A DNA stretch of 64,000 bases from Alistipes sp. (GTDB taxonomy: Bacteria; Bacteroidota; Bacteroidia; Bacteroidales; Rikenellaceae). The stretch spans positions 1,552 to 65,551 of the forward strand of contig JAZOOI010000024.1 in NCBI GenBank assembly GCA_045654925.1, written 5' to 3'. The position numbers were made by a program, and so were the translations under genes. The stretch's first letter is position 1, and each line of letters opens with the position of its first letter. The notes under the pieces were generated by a model. It saw only the letters and a list, made by a program, of their open reading frames with translations. It made no database searches and was not told the DNA's origin. Below, in pieces: positions 45,699 through 56,084 of this stretch.

Positions 45699-47942
45699 AT
45701 GAAAAGGTTTTTTATTTTAACAACACTCTTCTTATCGCTCTCCTTTGTGGCATGGTCACAGGAGGCTGGTTACTTCACTAAGGACAGCGTTAGTGTCTTC
45801 GAGCTCGAGTCTGTCGAGGTCATCACATCACATGCTAAGCGCACAACACCCGTGGCGCAGGATAACCTTGGACGCGAGGATATAGTTCGTTCGAGCTATG
45901 GTAGCGACATCCCCTCGCTCCTTGCCCTGACACCATCGATTGTGGCAACAAACGAAACGGGTATAGGCATAGGTGCTACGTCGATACGCCTTAGAGGTAC
46001 CGATGCTACACGTATCAACGTGACTATCAACGGCGTGGCGATGAACAATCCCGACTCGCACTCGATGTATTGGTACGACACTCCCGACCTTATCTCTTCG
46101 GTGGGTAGCGTGCAGGTGCAGCGTGGCGCGGGTATCTCGACAAATGGCTCTGGTGCCTTTGGTGGTGCTGTGAGCATGACTACCGACGCTTTATCGCCCG
46201 ACTTCAGAGGCTCGGCATCGCTATCCTACGGCTCTTATAACACCAATAAGCAGGCACTACACCTCTCTTCTGGCCTTATGGGTGGACATTGGGTTGTTGA
46301 CGCACGACTCACACACATAGGCTCCGACGGCTATATCGACCGTGGCGCTACCGACCTGAAGAGCTACATGGCGCAGGTGGGCTACTACGGCTCTAAGACC
46401 AAGGTTAAGCTTCTGTCGTTCGGTGGCTCGGCAAAGACATATCTCACATATAATGGCGTGTCGCGCGAGGAGATGGAGCTCTATGGTCGCCGCTACCATA
46501 CTTCGGGACAGTATGTGACCTCCGACGGTCCCTTTGTGTTGGCGGATGGCACACATGTGAACTACTACGATGACCAGACAGACAACTATCTGCAAATAAA
46601 TAACCAGCTCGTTATAAACCACGAGTTCACACAGCGTTGGAGACTCAATACTACGCTCTTCTATACCTACGGCTACGGCTACTACAACCAGTATAAGGAC
46701 GATGCCTACTTAGCAGGCTATCTTAATCTCGATACCGCCACCGAGGTTGCCGACCTTATACGCCATAAGATTATGCGCAACCATATGGGTGGCGCAAATA
46801 TGTCGGCTAACTACCACACACAAGCTCTCGATGTTACCTTTGGTGGCTCATGGAGCTACTATAACTCGCCACATTGGGGTACCCTGTCGTGGGTAGATGG
46901 TGTTGAGAATATTGGTGGTAGATGGTATGACAACGATGTCGTTAAGCACGATGCCAATATCTTTGCTCGTGCCGACTGGAGGGTATTCCGTGGTTGGCAG
47001 GATAATGAGCTACGCCTCTTCGGCGATGTACAGTACCGCTATGTGGACTATAGGGCGTGGGGTACCAACGATAATGCTATATGGGGTGATGAGGGCGTTG
47101 CTATGCAGCCTATAGATGTCGATAAGAGCTATAACTTCTTCAATCCACGCCTCGGTATCAGCTATATACACCATCGTCACAATATATTTGCCTCAGCAGC
47201 TGTGGCACATCGTGAGCCTACGCGTTCCGACTTTACCGATAGGTATATGTTCGCCGCCGAGGATAGCTATCCCGAGCCTGAGCGCCTCATAGACTTCGAG
47301 GTGGGCTATACCTATATAGCACCACGCATCACGGTGGGCGTAAACCTCTACTATATGCTCTACCACAACCAGCTTGTAGCTACGGGTATGGTTAACGATG
47401 GCGACGATGCCCTCAATGTGAATGTCGATAGGAGCTACCGCCGTGGCGTAGAGCTTATGGCGTCGTGGAAGGTGGCTAAGTGGCTGACACTATCGGCAAA
47501 TGCCACACTCTCACAGAATAAGATACGCGACTATGTTGACGAGCTTAAGGATAGCCCCACCTATGGCGAGAACCTTGGCGACATGACAATCTCCTATTCG
47601 CCATCTGTCGTGGGCTCGCTCATGGCTGACTTCCATGTAGGAGGCTTCAGCGCCTTGTGGCATACGCAGTATGTCGGCAAGCAGTACTTCACAAATAACG
47701 AGGTGGAGGCCTTGTCGCTCGATGCCTACTGCGTTACCAACCTCAACCTCGGCTATACCATGTCGCTCAACGGCGAGCGCTCGGTACGCTTTGGCCTTAC
47801 GGTGAACAACCTCTTCTCGACGCTCTATGAGTCGAATGGCTATGGCTACTCCTATATGTGGGATGGCGAGCGTTACGACGAGGCTTTCTACTTCCCTCAG
47901 GCGCCTATCAACTTCTTGGCTAATGTGACTGTAAACTTCTAA
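45699..47942 (+). CDS. TonB-dependent receptor, probable thiamine uptake
   Basis: Plug motif IRLRGTDATRINVTING, QVQRGAG, NNLF, terminal Phe; TPP riboswitch and pnuC context. Confidence 0.88.
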   Translation: MKRFFILTTLFLSLSFVAWSQEAGYFTKDSVSVFELESVEVITSHAKRTTPVAQDNLGREDIVRSSYGSDIPSLLALTPSIVATNETGIGIGATSIRLRGTDATRINVTINGVAMNNPDSHSMYWYDTPDLISSVGSVQVQRGAGISTNGSGAFGGAVSMTTDALSPDFRGSASLSYGSYNTNKQALHLSSGLMGGHWVVDARLTHIGSDGYIDRGATDLKSYMAQVGYYGSKTKVKLLSFGGSAKTYLTYNGVSREEMELYGRRYHTSGQYVTSDGPFVLADGTHVNYYDDQTDNYLQINNQLVINHEFTQRWRLNTTLFYTYGYGYYNQYKDDAYLAGYLNLDTATEVADLIRHKIMRNHMGGANMSANYHTQALDVTFGGSWSYYNSPHWGTLSWVDGVENIGGRWYDNDVVKHDANIFARADWRVFRGWQDNELRLFGDVQYRYVDYRAWGTNDNAIWGDEGVAMQPIDVDKSYNFFNPRLGISYIHHRHNIFASAAVAHREPTRSDFTDRYMFAAEDSYPEPERLIDFEVGYTYIAPRITVGVNLYYMLYHNQLVATGMVNDGDDALNVNVDRSYRRGVELMASWKVAKWLTLSANATLSQNKIRDYVDELKDSPTYGENLGDMTISYSPSVVGSLMADFHVGGFSALWHTQYVGKQYFTNNEVEALSLDAYCVTNLNLGYTMSLNGERSVRFGLTVNNLFSTLYESNGYGYSYMWDGERYDEAFYFPQAPINFLANVTVNF

Positions 47943-47954
47943 AAATAGCCCCTT

Positions 47955-48521
47955 ATGGATTGGTCGCTTATATTACAGGTTGTGGGCACTACGCTCGGAC
48001 TGCTATATCTATGGTTGGAGTATAGGGCAAATATATGGCTCTGGATTGTAGGTGCCATCATGCCCATGGTGCACGGTGTGCTCTACCTGCAGAGTGGTAT
48101 CTATGCCGATGCCGCCATGCAGCTATACTACATCCTTGCAGGTCTCTATGGTCTCATGGTATGGCGACGCAAACCCAAGGAGGGTTCTACATTGCCAATA
48201 CGCCATACCCCCAAGCAGTGGATACCATCCCTCATTGCGGTGTATGTTGTGTTGCACGTGGTAATATACTTCATCCTTGTGGAGTTTACCGATAGCAGGG
48301 TACCCATCTTCGACTCGATGTCTACAGCGCTATCTATCGTTGCTATGTGGATGCTCTCGCGTAAGCTTGTGGAGCAGTGGCTCATATGGCTTGTCGTCGA
48401 CATGATTAGCGTGGGTCTGTATATGTATAAGGGCATCCCCATTACGGCGGGACTATATACCCTCTACTGCATACTCGCCATTGCAGGTTATCTGCGTTGG
48501 CACAAAGTAGCTCGTCAATAA
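47955..48521 (+). CDS. pnuC: PnuC family transporter (thiamine-specific PnuT by context)
   Basis: GLLYLWLEYRANIWLW, DSMSTALS, KLVEQWLIWLVVD, GYLRW. Confidence 0.88.
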   Translation: MDWSLILQVVGTTLGLLYLWLEYRANIWLWIVGAIMPMVHGVLYLQSGIYADAAMQLYYILAGLYGLMVWRRKPKEGSTLPIRHTPKQWIPSLIAVYVVLHVVIYFILVEFTDSRVPIFDSMSTALSIVAMWMLSRKLVEQWLIWLVVDMISVGLYMYKGIPITAGLYTLYCILAIAGYLRWHKVARQ

Positions 48522-48538
48522 AGCAAGAGGGCCGAGGA

Positions 48539-49171
48539 TTACTCCTTGGCCCTCTCTTCGTTATATATCTGGTCGTAGACCTTGCGTAGCTCCTCTTTGT
48601 CGGCTATCAGCTGTCGTAGTTCCTCGAGACGTGCCTCGTTCTTCGAACCCTCAATCCATAGCCTTAGGTAGCCGCCATAGTAGTACTTCTCGTGCAGATG
48701 CTCCACCATGCGCTCATATCCCTGCTCACGGTCGAGGTGTGGGTGGTTGGCAAGTGTGTATTGTATCGTGCGACGTATGATTGTATGGCTGTCGATAATG
48801 CGGTCAGCCTCGGCCACTATGCGTCCATAGATGGTGCGAGGGGCACTCTTCGACGATGCACGATGGTCCTCCGCCGCATCAGCCATCGTGGCTATCTGCT
48901 CGGGGGTGAACCACCTCACAAGCTCCCTATCCTCGAGTATTATACGCTTGGAGTGGGTGTGGTGATGCTCGCGGCCATACACCAAGCCGGTGTCGTGAAA
49001 TGCCGCAATCGTGTATGCCATCTCTGTGTCAAGATCATAGGCCTCGGCAAGGGCTATGCTCTCTTCGATTACTGCGCTCACATGGTCACGCCTATGTGCT
49101 GCATCGAAACTATCGTAGCGCACTACTATCTCACGCTCGACATACTCCCTAAGGTCCTCTCTTATCTTCAT
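48539..49171 (-). CDS. HD domain phosphohydrolase
   Basis: Start MKIREDL; DAAHRRDH, AAFHDTG, EDHRAS, AEADR. Confidence 0.88.
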   Translation of the reverse strand: MKIREDLREYVEREIVVRYDSFDAAHRRDHVSAVIEESIALAEAYDLDTEMAYTIAAFHDTGLVYGREHHHTHSKRIILEDRELVRWFTPEQIATMADAAEDHRASSKSAPRTIYGRIVAEADRIIDSHTIIRRTIQYTLANHPHLDREQGYERMVEHLHEKYYYGGYLRLWIEGSKNEARLEELRQLIADKEELRKVYDQIYNEERAKE

Positions 49172-49175
49172 ACTT

Positions 49176-50429
49176 CTATCCAACAACCACCTCGATGAGG
49201 TCGTCACGTCTGAGATATTTGTGTGCAAGGGCGCGCACCTGCTCGGGAGTGATGGCGAATATAGCCTCCACGCTCTGCTCTGTGGCACTGTTGTCCATGC
49301 CGCACATGATGTTCTCTATGGTTACATCGGCAATGCCGAAAGGTCCATCCAGTATGCGCAGTATCTCGCCAATCATCACATTCTTGACCATTTGCAACTC
49401 ATCCTCCGACATGAGCTCCGTGCGTAGTCGCTCTATCTCGGCATATATCTCGCGTAGCGCATCCTCGCGATGTTCGCGTGCCACCTGTGTTGCTATGGCT
49501 AGGTATCCCTCCCTTTCGAAATTTACCATCGCAGCCATCACACCATAGGTGTAGCCATGCTCCTCGCGTAGGTTCTGCATCAGGCGTGAGCCGAAGTAGC
49601 CTCCCAGCACCGCCGCTACAACCTGCATGCCCACAAAGTCGGGGTGTGTGCGTGTGAAGAGCAGACGACCTATGCGTATGGATGACTGTAGCGCTGACGC
49701 TATATCGCGGCGTAGCAATGGGGTAGATGTCGTCGCGGGGAATACCACCTGACGCTTACTTCCCGAGGGTAGTGCCTCAGTGATGGAGGTTATCGTAGCC
49801 ATCACATCCTCTGTTATGTTGCCACTGCACACCACAAAGCAGTTGTCGGCGGTGTATAACTCCTTGTATAGCTCCACTATATCCTCACGACGTAGCTCGT
49901 CGTAGAGTCTCTCGTCGGCCGATATGCCATAGGGATGGTTCTCTCCAAATAGTGCCTGGGCAAATAGCTCGCGCGACTGCATGTCCACCTTCTTACGCTC
50001 TATGGTGAGGCCCTGCTTGCGCTTCGAGCAGTATGTAGCAAGCTCCCTTTGAGGAAATGTGGGCGATAGCACTATCTCGCGTGCCACCTCTGCCGTGGGT
50101 GCGAAAAACTTCTTCAGCGCACAAAACGATATGTAGGTGTAGTCGCGATCGATGTTCACATCGAAATATGAACCGTAGAAGTCGAGCTTATCGGCAATCT
50201 CTTGTGCTGTCATCGTTGCTGTACCCTCACCGAGCATATTGGCTGTCGCCGAGGCGGTGAATGGCTTATGCTGCATCGAGGTGCCAGCACGAAAGACAAA
50301 GCTTAGACGCACCACCTCGAAGTCGTTGGCACGAAGCGTATAAATGGGTACTCCGTTGCTTGTTGTAGTGCTTGTTGCGCGTGGCATATCCACACTGCTA
50401 GGTATTATTATCTCTGGCTGTGGTCTCAT
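49176..50429 (-). CDS. M16 peptidase family, non-catalytic subunit
   Basis: LGGYFGSRLMQNLREEHGYTYG; no HxxEH motif. Confidence 0.88.
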   Translation of the reverse strand: MRPQPEIIIPSSVDMPRATSTTTSNGVPIYTLRANDFEVVRLSFVFRAGTSMQHKPFTASATANMLGEGTATMTAQEIADKLDFYGSYFDVNIDRDYTYISFCALKKFFAPTAEVAREIVLSPTFPQRELATYCSKRKQGLTIERKKVDMQSRELFAQALFGENHPYGISADERLYDELRREDIVELYKELYTADNCFVVCSGNITEDVMATITSITEALPSGSKRQVVFPATTSTPLLRRDIASALQSSIRIGRLLFTRTHPDFVGMQVVAAVLGGYFGSRLMQNLREEHGYTYGVMAAMVNFEREGYLAIATQVAREHREDALREIYAEIERLRTELMSEDELQMVKNVMIGEILRILDGPFGIADVTIENIMCGMDNSATEQSVEAIFAITPEQVRALAHKYLRRDDLIEVVVG

Positions 50430-51673
50430 TGCTTGCTCTCGTTTGCTCGGTAAATAAGTGTTGATGAGTTCTCCTTGGTGAAGCATCGTGAGGCAAATGC
50501 CATCACCTCCTCACGGCTTAGTGAACGATATATCTCCGCCTCGCGGTTTATGAGCGTTATGTCACCCGTCATCTCGTAGAACGACAGGTTGAGCGCCTTG
50601 TTCATTATGTTTATCTCGCCCATGAGCATGTTGGCCTCGAACTTATTCTTCACCTTCTCCATCTCATAGTCGGATATGTTACCCTCCATGATGTCATTAA
50701 GCTCACCCCATAGTGCAGCCTCGGCCACCTCCTCCGAGCACTCAGGCATAAGACGTCCCTTGATGATGAAGAGTCCTGCGTCGATGCTTCCTGTGATATA
50801 GGCATTGACACTCGAGAAGAGACCTCGCTCCTTAATGAGCCTGTTGACCAGGCGTGACGACTCTCCACCCGCCAAGAGGTCCGACGTTAGGTCACCGAGG
50901 AAGAAGTCGCGCGACATGCGGTCGCCCATGTGGAAGGCTATGGTTGTGTCTGTTGCTGGCACCTCACGCTCGACTACCAAGCGTCGTGCCTCTATCTGTC
51001 TTGGCTCCTGTGGTATTGCGGCAATCTCACCACCCATATCCTCAATCTCGCCAAAGTACTCTTCGGCAAGGCGTAGCATCTCCTCCTCGTCGATATCTGC
51101 CGATATGGCGAGTATGGCTCGTGAGGGGCGATAGTGTAGATTGTAGAACGAGCGCACATCGTCGAGCGTGGCACGCTCAATATGCTCGGGTGTGATGCCT
51201 ATTGTCGCCCAACGATAGGGATGACGCTTATAACATAGGTCGCGTAGAAGAAGTAGCTCATCCCCATAAGGCTGGTTTAGGTATCGCTGCTTGAACTCCT
51301 CAATCACAACGTGCTTCTCCGTCTCACACGCCTCGTGGCTTATGTTGAGACCACGCATGCGGTCGCTCTCCAACCATAGGGCTGTCGATATGTTCTCCTT
51401 GGGTAGGGTGATGTAGAAGTCGGTATAGTCGTTGTTCGTGAAGGCGTTATTCTCACCACACGCCATCTGCACAGGTATGTCGAACTCTGGTACGTTGTTC
51501 GTGCCTCTGAACATGAGGTGCTCGAAGAGGTGTGCAAAGCCCGTCTTATCCTCGCTCTCGTTGCGCGCACCCACTCGGTAGAGGATGTTAACAGCTGCTA
51601 GCTTCGACGATGTGTCGCGGTTGACAAGCACCGTGAGTCCGTTTCGTAATACTCTCTTTTGATACTTTATCAT
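50426..51673 (-). CDS. M16 zinc peptidase, catalytic subunit
   Basis: TGFAHLFEHLMFRG (HxxEH), NAFT, LESDRM. Confidence 0.93.
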   Translation of the reverse strand: MIKYQKRVLRNGLTVLVNRDTSSKLAAVNILYRVGARNESEDKTGFAHLFEHLMFRGTNNVPEFDIPVQMACGENNAFTNNDYTDFYITLPKENISTALWLESDRMRGLNISHEACETEKHVVIEEFKQRYLNQPYGDELLLLRDLCYKRHPYRWATIGITPEHIERATLDDVRSFYNLHYRPSRAILAISADIDEEEMLRLAEEYFGEIEDMGGEIAAIPQEPRQIEARRLVVEREVPATDTTIAFHMGDRMSRDFFLGDLTSDLLAGGESSRLVNRLIKERGLFSSVNAYITGSIDAGLFIIKGRLMPECSEEVAEAALWGELNDIMEGNISDYEMEKVKNKFEANMLMGEINIMNKALNLSFYEMTGDITLINREAEIYRSLSREEVMAFASRCFTKENSSTLIYRANESKQ

Positions 51674-51832
51674 AGTATGGTGTTATATACTACAAATGTA
51701 GAAAAAAAAACTTAAAGTTGCAATAGCTATCTCGTGGCTATTTGGGTTGTTGGCGATGAAAAAAAACGTTGTAATCTACTGCGCTTTACTAAATTTTTAT
51801 ATACCTTTGTATATATAAATACACAAAACACT

Positions 51833-52861
51833 ATGTCTACTAATCAGCAAACACAGAAGTCGCTCGCTCGACGCCTCTTCGATACCTATGTCATCGATGC
51901 CCTCAGCCACATGGCTATGGGTCTCTTCTGTTCGCTTATTCTCGGCCTTATCATCAAGCAGATAGCCTCTATCAATGGCTTTGAGTTCTTGATGGATATA
52001 GCCCTCTTTATGCAGTCGCCCGCCGTTGTTGGTGCATCCATAGGCCTTGCTATTGCCATAGGCCTTAAGCGCGATCTGCTGGTGACAATCTCGGCCGTTG
52101 GCGTGGGTGCTTTGGGTTATACGTTTGGTGGACCCATAGGTGCCTATCTCGCCGCTATTGTGGGTGTGGAGGCAGCCTCGCTGGTGTCGAAGCGCACGCC
52201 TGTCGATATAATCATCACGCCGCTTGTCGCTGTTGTCGTTGGTGGTCTCTTTGCTAAGTATTGCTGCGCCCCTATTAACGAGTGGGTGATGTCGCTTGGT
52301 GAGGTTATCAACCGTGCAACGATGCTCAACCCCTTCGTTATGGGTGTTGTCGTATCGGTGATGGTGGGTTGCATTTTGACCCTCCCTATAAGCTCTGCTG
52401 CGCTATGTATCGCCATCGGTATTAGTGGCCTTGCTGCGGGTGCTGCTACTGCTGGCTGCTGTGCGCAGATGGTGGGCTTCGCAGTAATCAGCTATAGGGA
52501 TAATGGCATCGGCGGTCTTGTGTCGCAGGGCCTCGGTACCTCGATGTTGCAGATAGGCAATATCATCCGTAAGCCTATCATATGGCTCGCTCCAACTCTT
52601 GCCTCGGCAATCCTGGGTCCTGTGTCGACCCTGTGGCTCGGCATGACCAACAATGCTGCTGGTGCTGGCATGGGTACATCGGGTCTTGTTGGTCCTATCG
52701 GCTGTTGGGAGACGATGTCTGCAACCACCGACCACGCAACGCTCCTTATTGAGATTGTAGGCTTGTACTTCATAGCTCCTGCGGTGTTGAGCCTTATTTT
52801 CCACCATGTTATGCTCCGCCTCGGCTGGGTGAAGCCTGGTGATATGAAACTAAACCGATGA
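51833..52861 (+). CDS. PTS EIIC-like membrane protein (PfoR/PfoS-like)
   Basis: ALSHMAMGLFCSLILG, TLPISSAA, GLGTSMLQ, GMGTSGLVGPI; ~9-10 TMs. Confidence 0.85.
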   Translation: MSTNQQTQKSLARRLFDTYVIDALSHMAMGLFCSLILGLIIKQIASINGFEFLMDIALFMQSPAVVGASIGLAIAIGLKRDLLVTISAVGVGALGYTFGGPIGAYLAAIVGVEAASLVSKRTPVDIIITPLVAVVVGGLFAKYCCAPINEWVMSLGEVINRATMLNPFVMGVVVSVMVGCILTLPISSAALCIAIGISGLAAGAATAGCCAQMVGFAVISYRDNGIGGLVSQGLGTSMLQIGNIIRKPIIWLAPTLASAILGPVSTLWLGMTNNAAGAGMGTSGLVGPIGCWETMSATTDHATLLIEIVGLYFIAPAVLSLIFHHVMLRLGWVKPGDMKLNR

Positions 52862-52865
52862 TATT

Positions 52866-53447
52866 ATGCGTCGCCTATTACTAATATTCGCAACCATTAT
52901 CCTTGCACATTCGCTCTCTGCCCAGGAGATTGAGAGTGTGCGCAAGAAACCCGACTATTGGGGCGAAACCAAGATTGTCGTCAGTGAGCGCTATAATGGT
53001 GAGCTCTATACTGCTACCATCCGAAAGCCCGACTATTGGGGTGTGGTGCGCATCGACTACGAAGATGGGTCGAGATATCGCGCTGGCTATTCGCTGGTTA
53101 AGGAGCCTGACTATTGGGGCGAGGTGCGTGTTGAGCACTATCGTAAGGATGGCTCGCGTGATGGCTACAGTAAGATTAAGAAGCCCGACTATTGGGGTGT
53201 TGTGGAGGTCGTTCACTACGATAAAAGTGGTAATAAGTTGGCGGTGTCGAAGTGCAATAAGCCCGACTACTGGGGTGAGGTGCGTGTCGACCACTACGAC
53301 AACCGGGCTACACGCGTAGGTGTATCCAAGATAGAGAAACCCGACTACTGGGGCGAGCAGACCACCGAGCACGAATTCCGCAACGATTGGACGCTCGATA
53401 GTATCGCTCTGTTGTATATCCTCACGATGGATTATTCACCATATTAG
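52866..53447 (+). CDS. Secreted protein with six xPDYWG repeats
   Basis: Signal peptide ending LSAQ; PDYWG recurs six times at ~25-aa spacing. Confidence 0.8.
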   Translation: MRRLLLIFATIILAHSLSAQEIESVRKKPDYWGETKIVVSERYNGELYTATIRKPDYWGVVRIDYEDGSRYRAGYSLVKEPDYWGEVRVEHYRKDGSRDGYSKIKKPDYWGVVEVVHYDKSGNKLAVSKCNKPDYWGEVRVDHYDNRATRVGVSKIEKPDYWGEQTTEHEFRNDWTLDSIALLYILTMDYSPY

Positions 53448-53451
53448 CCCA

Positions 53452-53500
53452 CAAAAAAAAGAGTGAGTAGTTAGCTGAAACTAACTACTCACTACTTTTT
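53452..53500. terminator. Bidirectional terminator
   Basis: A8-GAGTGAGTAGTTAG-CTGAAA-CTAACTACTCACT-AC-T5. Confidence 0.8.
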
Positions 53501-53518
53501 AATTATCTTAACCCCAGA

Positions 53519-54952
53519 TTATTGGTGCTCAGGGCGCAACAAGTCCTGGACAACCTTCACTGGTGAGAATGTCGAAATTGGTACCTCCACAAAGATTGTG
53601 TTCCAGTTGGCCATGGCACCATTCCAGAGGCCTGGAAGCTCCTGCGCACGTAGCTCACGACCGCCTGCCGACTTCGACGAGATGAAGCCTGTCTTCGGGT
53701 CGGTATACTGTGTGAGGTCATACTTGGTGCCGTCGTAGCGCATAACACCACATACGAGGTCCACAGGGTTGAAGTGGGTTGCCTCCTTCATTAGGTGCAT
53801 ATCCTCCTTGGCAATCTGGCTCGACTCGGCAATCTGCAACTGCTCACGACCCTTGTCGTCGCGCACCCAGAATGGACCGCCACCAGGCTCGCCCTCGTTC
53901 TTAACCATACCGCAGACACGAATAGGACGATCCAAAGTCTCGATGATAAGCTCGCGTGAAGCATTCTCGGGAAGCTTGCAGCATAGCTCGTCACGTAGGA
54001 AGGCGATAGCCTCGGCATCTCTATTCTCTCCACTCTTATATGAGCGCAACAATTCGAAGAGACGCTCCTGGAGGCGAAGCAACTCACCTGCCAATACACG
54101 CTTATAGGTTACTGTGTCGCCCTTGCGCTCATCGGTTGTCACGTTGTCGATATTCTTCACAAAGATGATGTCTGCGTTGAGCTTGTCGAGGTTGGTGATA
54201 AGAGCACCATGACCAGCAGGGCGGAAAAGTAGCTTGCCATCATCGGTGCGGAATGGGGTGTTGTCTGGGTTTACCGCGATGGTGTCTGTAGCTGGGCTCT
54301 GGATAGAGAATGTAACGTTGTACTTAACACCAAAACGCTCCTCGTAGTATCCCTGACGCTCCTTGAGTAGTGCCTCGAAACCTGCCTGATGCTCAGGTGA
54401 TACGGTGAAGTGAATAGCGGCATTCTTGCCATCAGATGCATAGAGGGCAGCCTCCACAAGATGCTCCTCGACAGGCTTGCGTGCACCCTCCTTATAGGCG
54501 TGGAATGTCACAAGACCCTTAGGCTTTGCACCATACTCCAAGCCGTCGATGATAATATTGCGCACAACATCCTTGTCGTCGATCTGTGGCTTGAGATACT
54601 TAGCCAACTCTGGGAAGAAGGCAAACTTCTCAAGGTTAACGATAAGCTTATCGATGCCTGGTGTGCGCTTATCATCGTTTACATACTCAAATAGCTCCTT
54701 GAACATACGTGTCGCTGCACCCGACGCGGGTACAAACTTGAGTGTGCGTAGCGATGCTGCACGCTCAGCATAGTATGCCTCGGCACTCTTCACCTCACTC
54801 TCCTCAAGCTGCTTCACGCCGTCGCCACCCGCTGCTGCACGCACTACGGGGAGTGATGGGAAGCCGTTACGGAAGTTTTCAATCTGCTGCTCAACCCTCT
54901 CGACGCTGATACCACGAGCCTCGATTTGGGCAATGTCATGTTCGTTAAACAT
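53519..54952 (-). CDS. DUF4301 family protein
   Basis: KFVPASGAATRMFK, FRPAGHGALI, GEPGGGPFW, THFNPVDL, ELPGLWNGAM. Confidence 0.9.
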   Translation of the reverse strand: MFNEHDIAQIEARGISVERVEQQIENFRNGFPSLPVVRAAAGGDGVKQLEESEVKSAEAYYAERAASLRTLKFVPASGAATRMFKELFEYVNDDKRTPGIDKLIVNLEKFAFFPELAKYLKPQIDDKDVVRNIIIDGLEYGAKPKGLVTFHAYKEGARKPVEEHLVEAALYASDGKNAAIHFTVSPEHQAGFEALLKERQGYYEERFGVKYNVTFSIQSPATDTIAVNPDNTPFRTDDGKLLFRPAGHGALITNLDKLNADIIFVKNIDNVTTDERKGDTVTYKRVLAGELLRLQERLFELLRSYKSGENRDAEAIAFLRDELCCKLPENASRELIIETLDRPIRVCGMVKNEGEPGGGPFWVRDDKGREQLQIAESSQIAKEDMHLMKEATHFNPVDLVCGVMRYDGTKYDLTQYTDPKTGFISSKSAGGRELRAQELPGLWNGAMANWNTIFVEVPISTFSPVKVVQDLLRPEHQ

Positions 54953-55062
54953 AGGCCAATATAGATTAGTTGTTAATATTTCCTGTAGGTTAATTCGTAG
55001 GTTGGCGTTACAATTGTTTGAATTTTCTCCCAAATATAGTAATTTTTTTTTAACTTTGCACT

Positions 55063-56076
55063 ATGATACATATTTATAATGATATAAACGTTGCTTCACG
55101 CATTAGCTTTGGCGTAAATCACCAGGCTAAGACTCTTGTGGAGTTCGAGACTGCGGAGGACCTTCGTAGCTATTTTGCTGAGAATAAGCCAGAGAAGTGG
55201 TATATCCTTGGCGCTGGTAATAATACACTCTTCACTAAGGATTACGATGGCGTGATATTCACCCCTGTGTGTCGCAATATGACCATCTTGGAGGATAATG
55301 ATGAGTGGGTAGATATTCGTGTTGAGGCTGCTGCCGACTGGGATGAGCTCGTTGAGTGGAGTGTTGAGAATGGCCTATGGGGTATGGAGAACCTCTCGGC
55401 GATTCCAAGCTCTGTGGGCGCTGCTCCGGTGCAGAATATTGGTGCCTATGGTGCTGAGGTGAAGGATGTTGTAACCACGGTGGAGTATTTCGATTGTAGA
55501 ACATTGCAGGTGGAGCGCCTCAGCAATGAGGAGTGTCGCTTTGCCTACCGCGAGAGTATCTTCAAGGGAGAGTTGCGTGGTGTGGCCATAATCCTCGCTG
55601 TTGAGATGCGATTGCAGCGTGCCCCAAAGCCAAATCTCGGCTATGGCGACGTAATGCGTGAGATTGAGACGCTAGGGGGCGTTTCGCTTAGAAATATCCG
55701 CACTGCTATCTCGGCCATTCGTGCTCGCAAACTTCCCGACCCTAAGGTGCTGGGTAATGCTGGTAGCTTCTTTAAGAACCCCATTGTCGAGCGTAGTGTC
55801 GCTGAGAGACTTTTGGCGGAGTACCCATCTATGCCTCATTACGATGTGCCTAATGAGCCAAATAGTGTGAAGCTCGCTGCTGGCTGGCTTATCGATCAGT
55901 CGGGATTGAAGGGTTATCGCGAGCATGGCGTGGGTGTGCATGAACACCAAGCGCTCGTTTTGGTGAACTATGGTACAGCTTGTGGCAACGACGTGAAGAA
56001 CTTTGCAGAGTTCGTGGCGAGTGTCGTTGAACATAAGTTCGGCGTTGTAATCTCTCCCGAGGTAAATATTTTGTAA
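55063..56076 (+). CDS. murB: UDP-N-acetylenolpyruvoylglucosamine reductase
   Basis: AAPVQNIGAYG, FAYRESIFK, GNAGSFFKNP, HQALVLVN, PEV. Confidence 0.95.
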   Translation: MIHIYNDINVASRISFGVNHQAKTLVEFETAEDLRSYFAENKPEKWYILGAGNNTLFTKDYDGVIFTPVCRNMTILEDNDEWVDIRVEAAADWDELVEWSVENGLWGMENLSAIPSSVGAAPVQNIGAYGAEVKDVVTTVEYFDCRTLQVERLSNEECRFAYRESIFKGELRGVAIILAVEMRLQRAPKPNLGYGDVMREIETLGGVSLRNIRTAISAIRARKLPDPKVLGNAGSFFKNPIVERSVAERLLAEYPSMPHYDVPNEPNSVKLAAGWLIDQSGLKGYREHGVGVHEHQALVLVNYGTACGNDVKNFAEFVASVVEHKFGVVISPEVNIL

Positions 56077-56084
56077 TATTGCCC

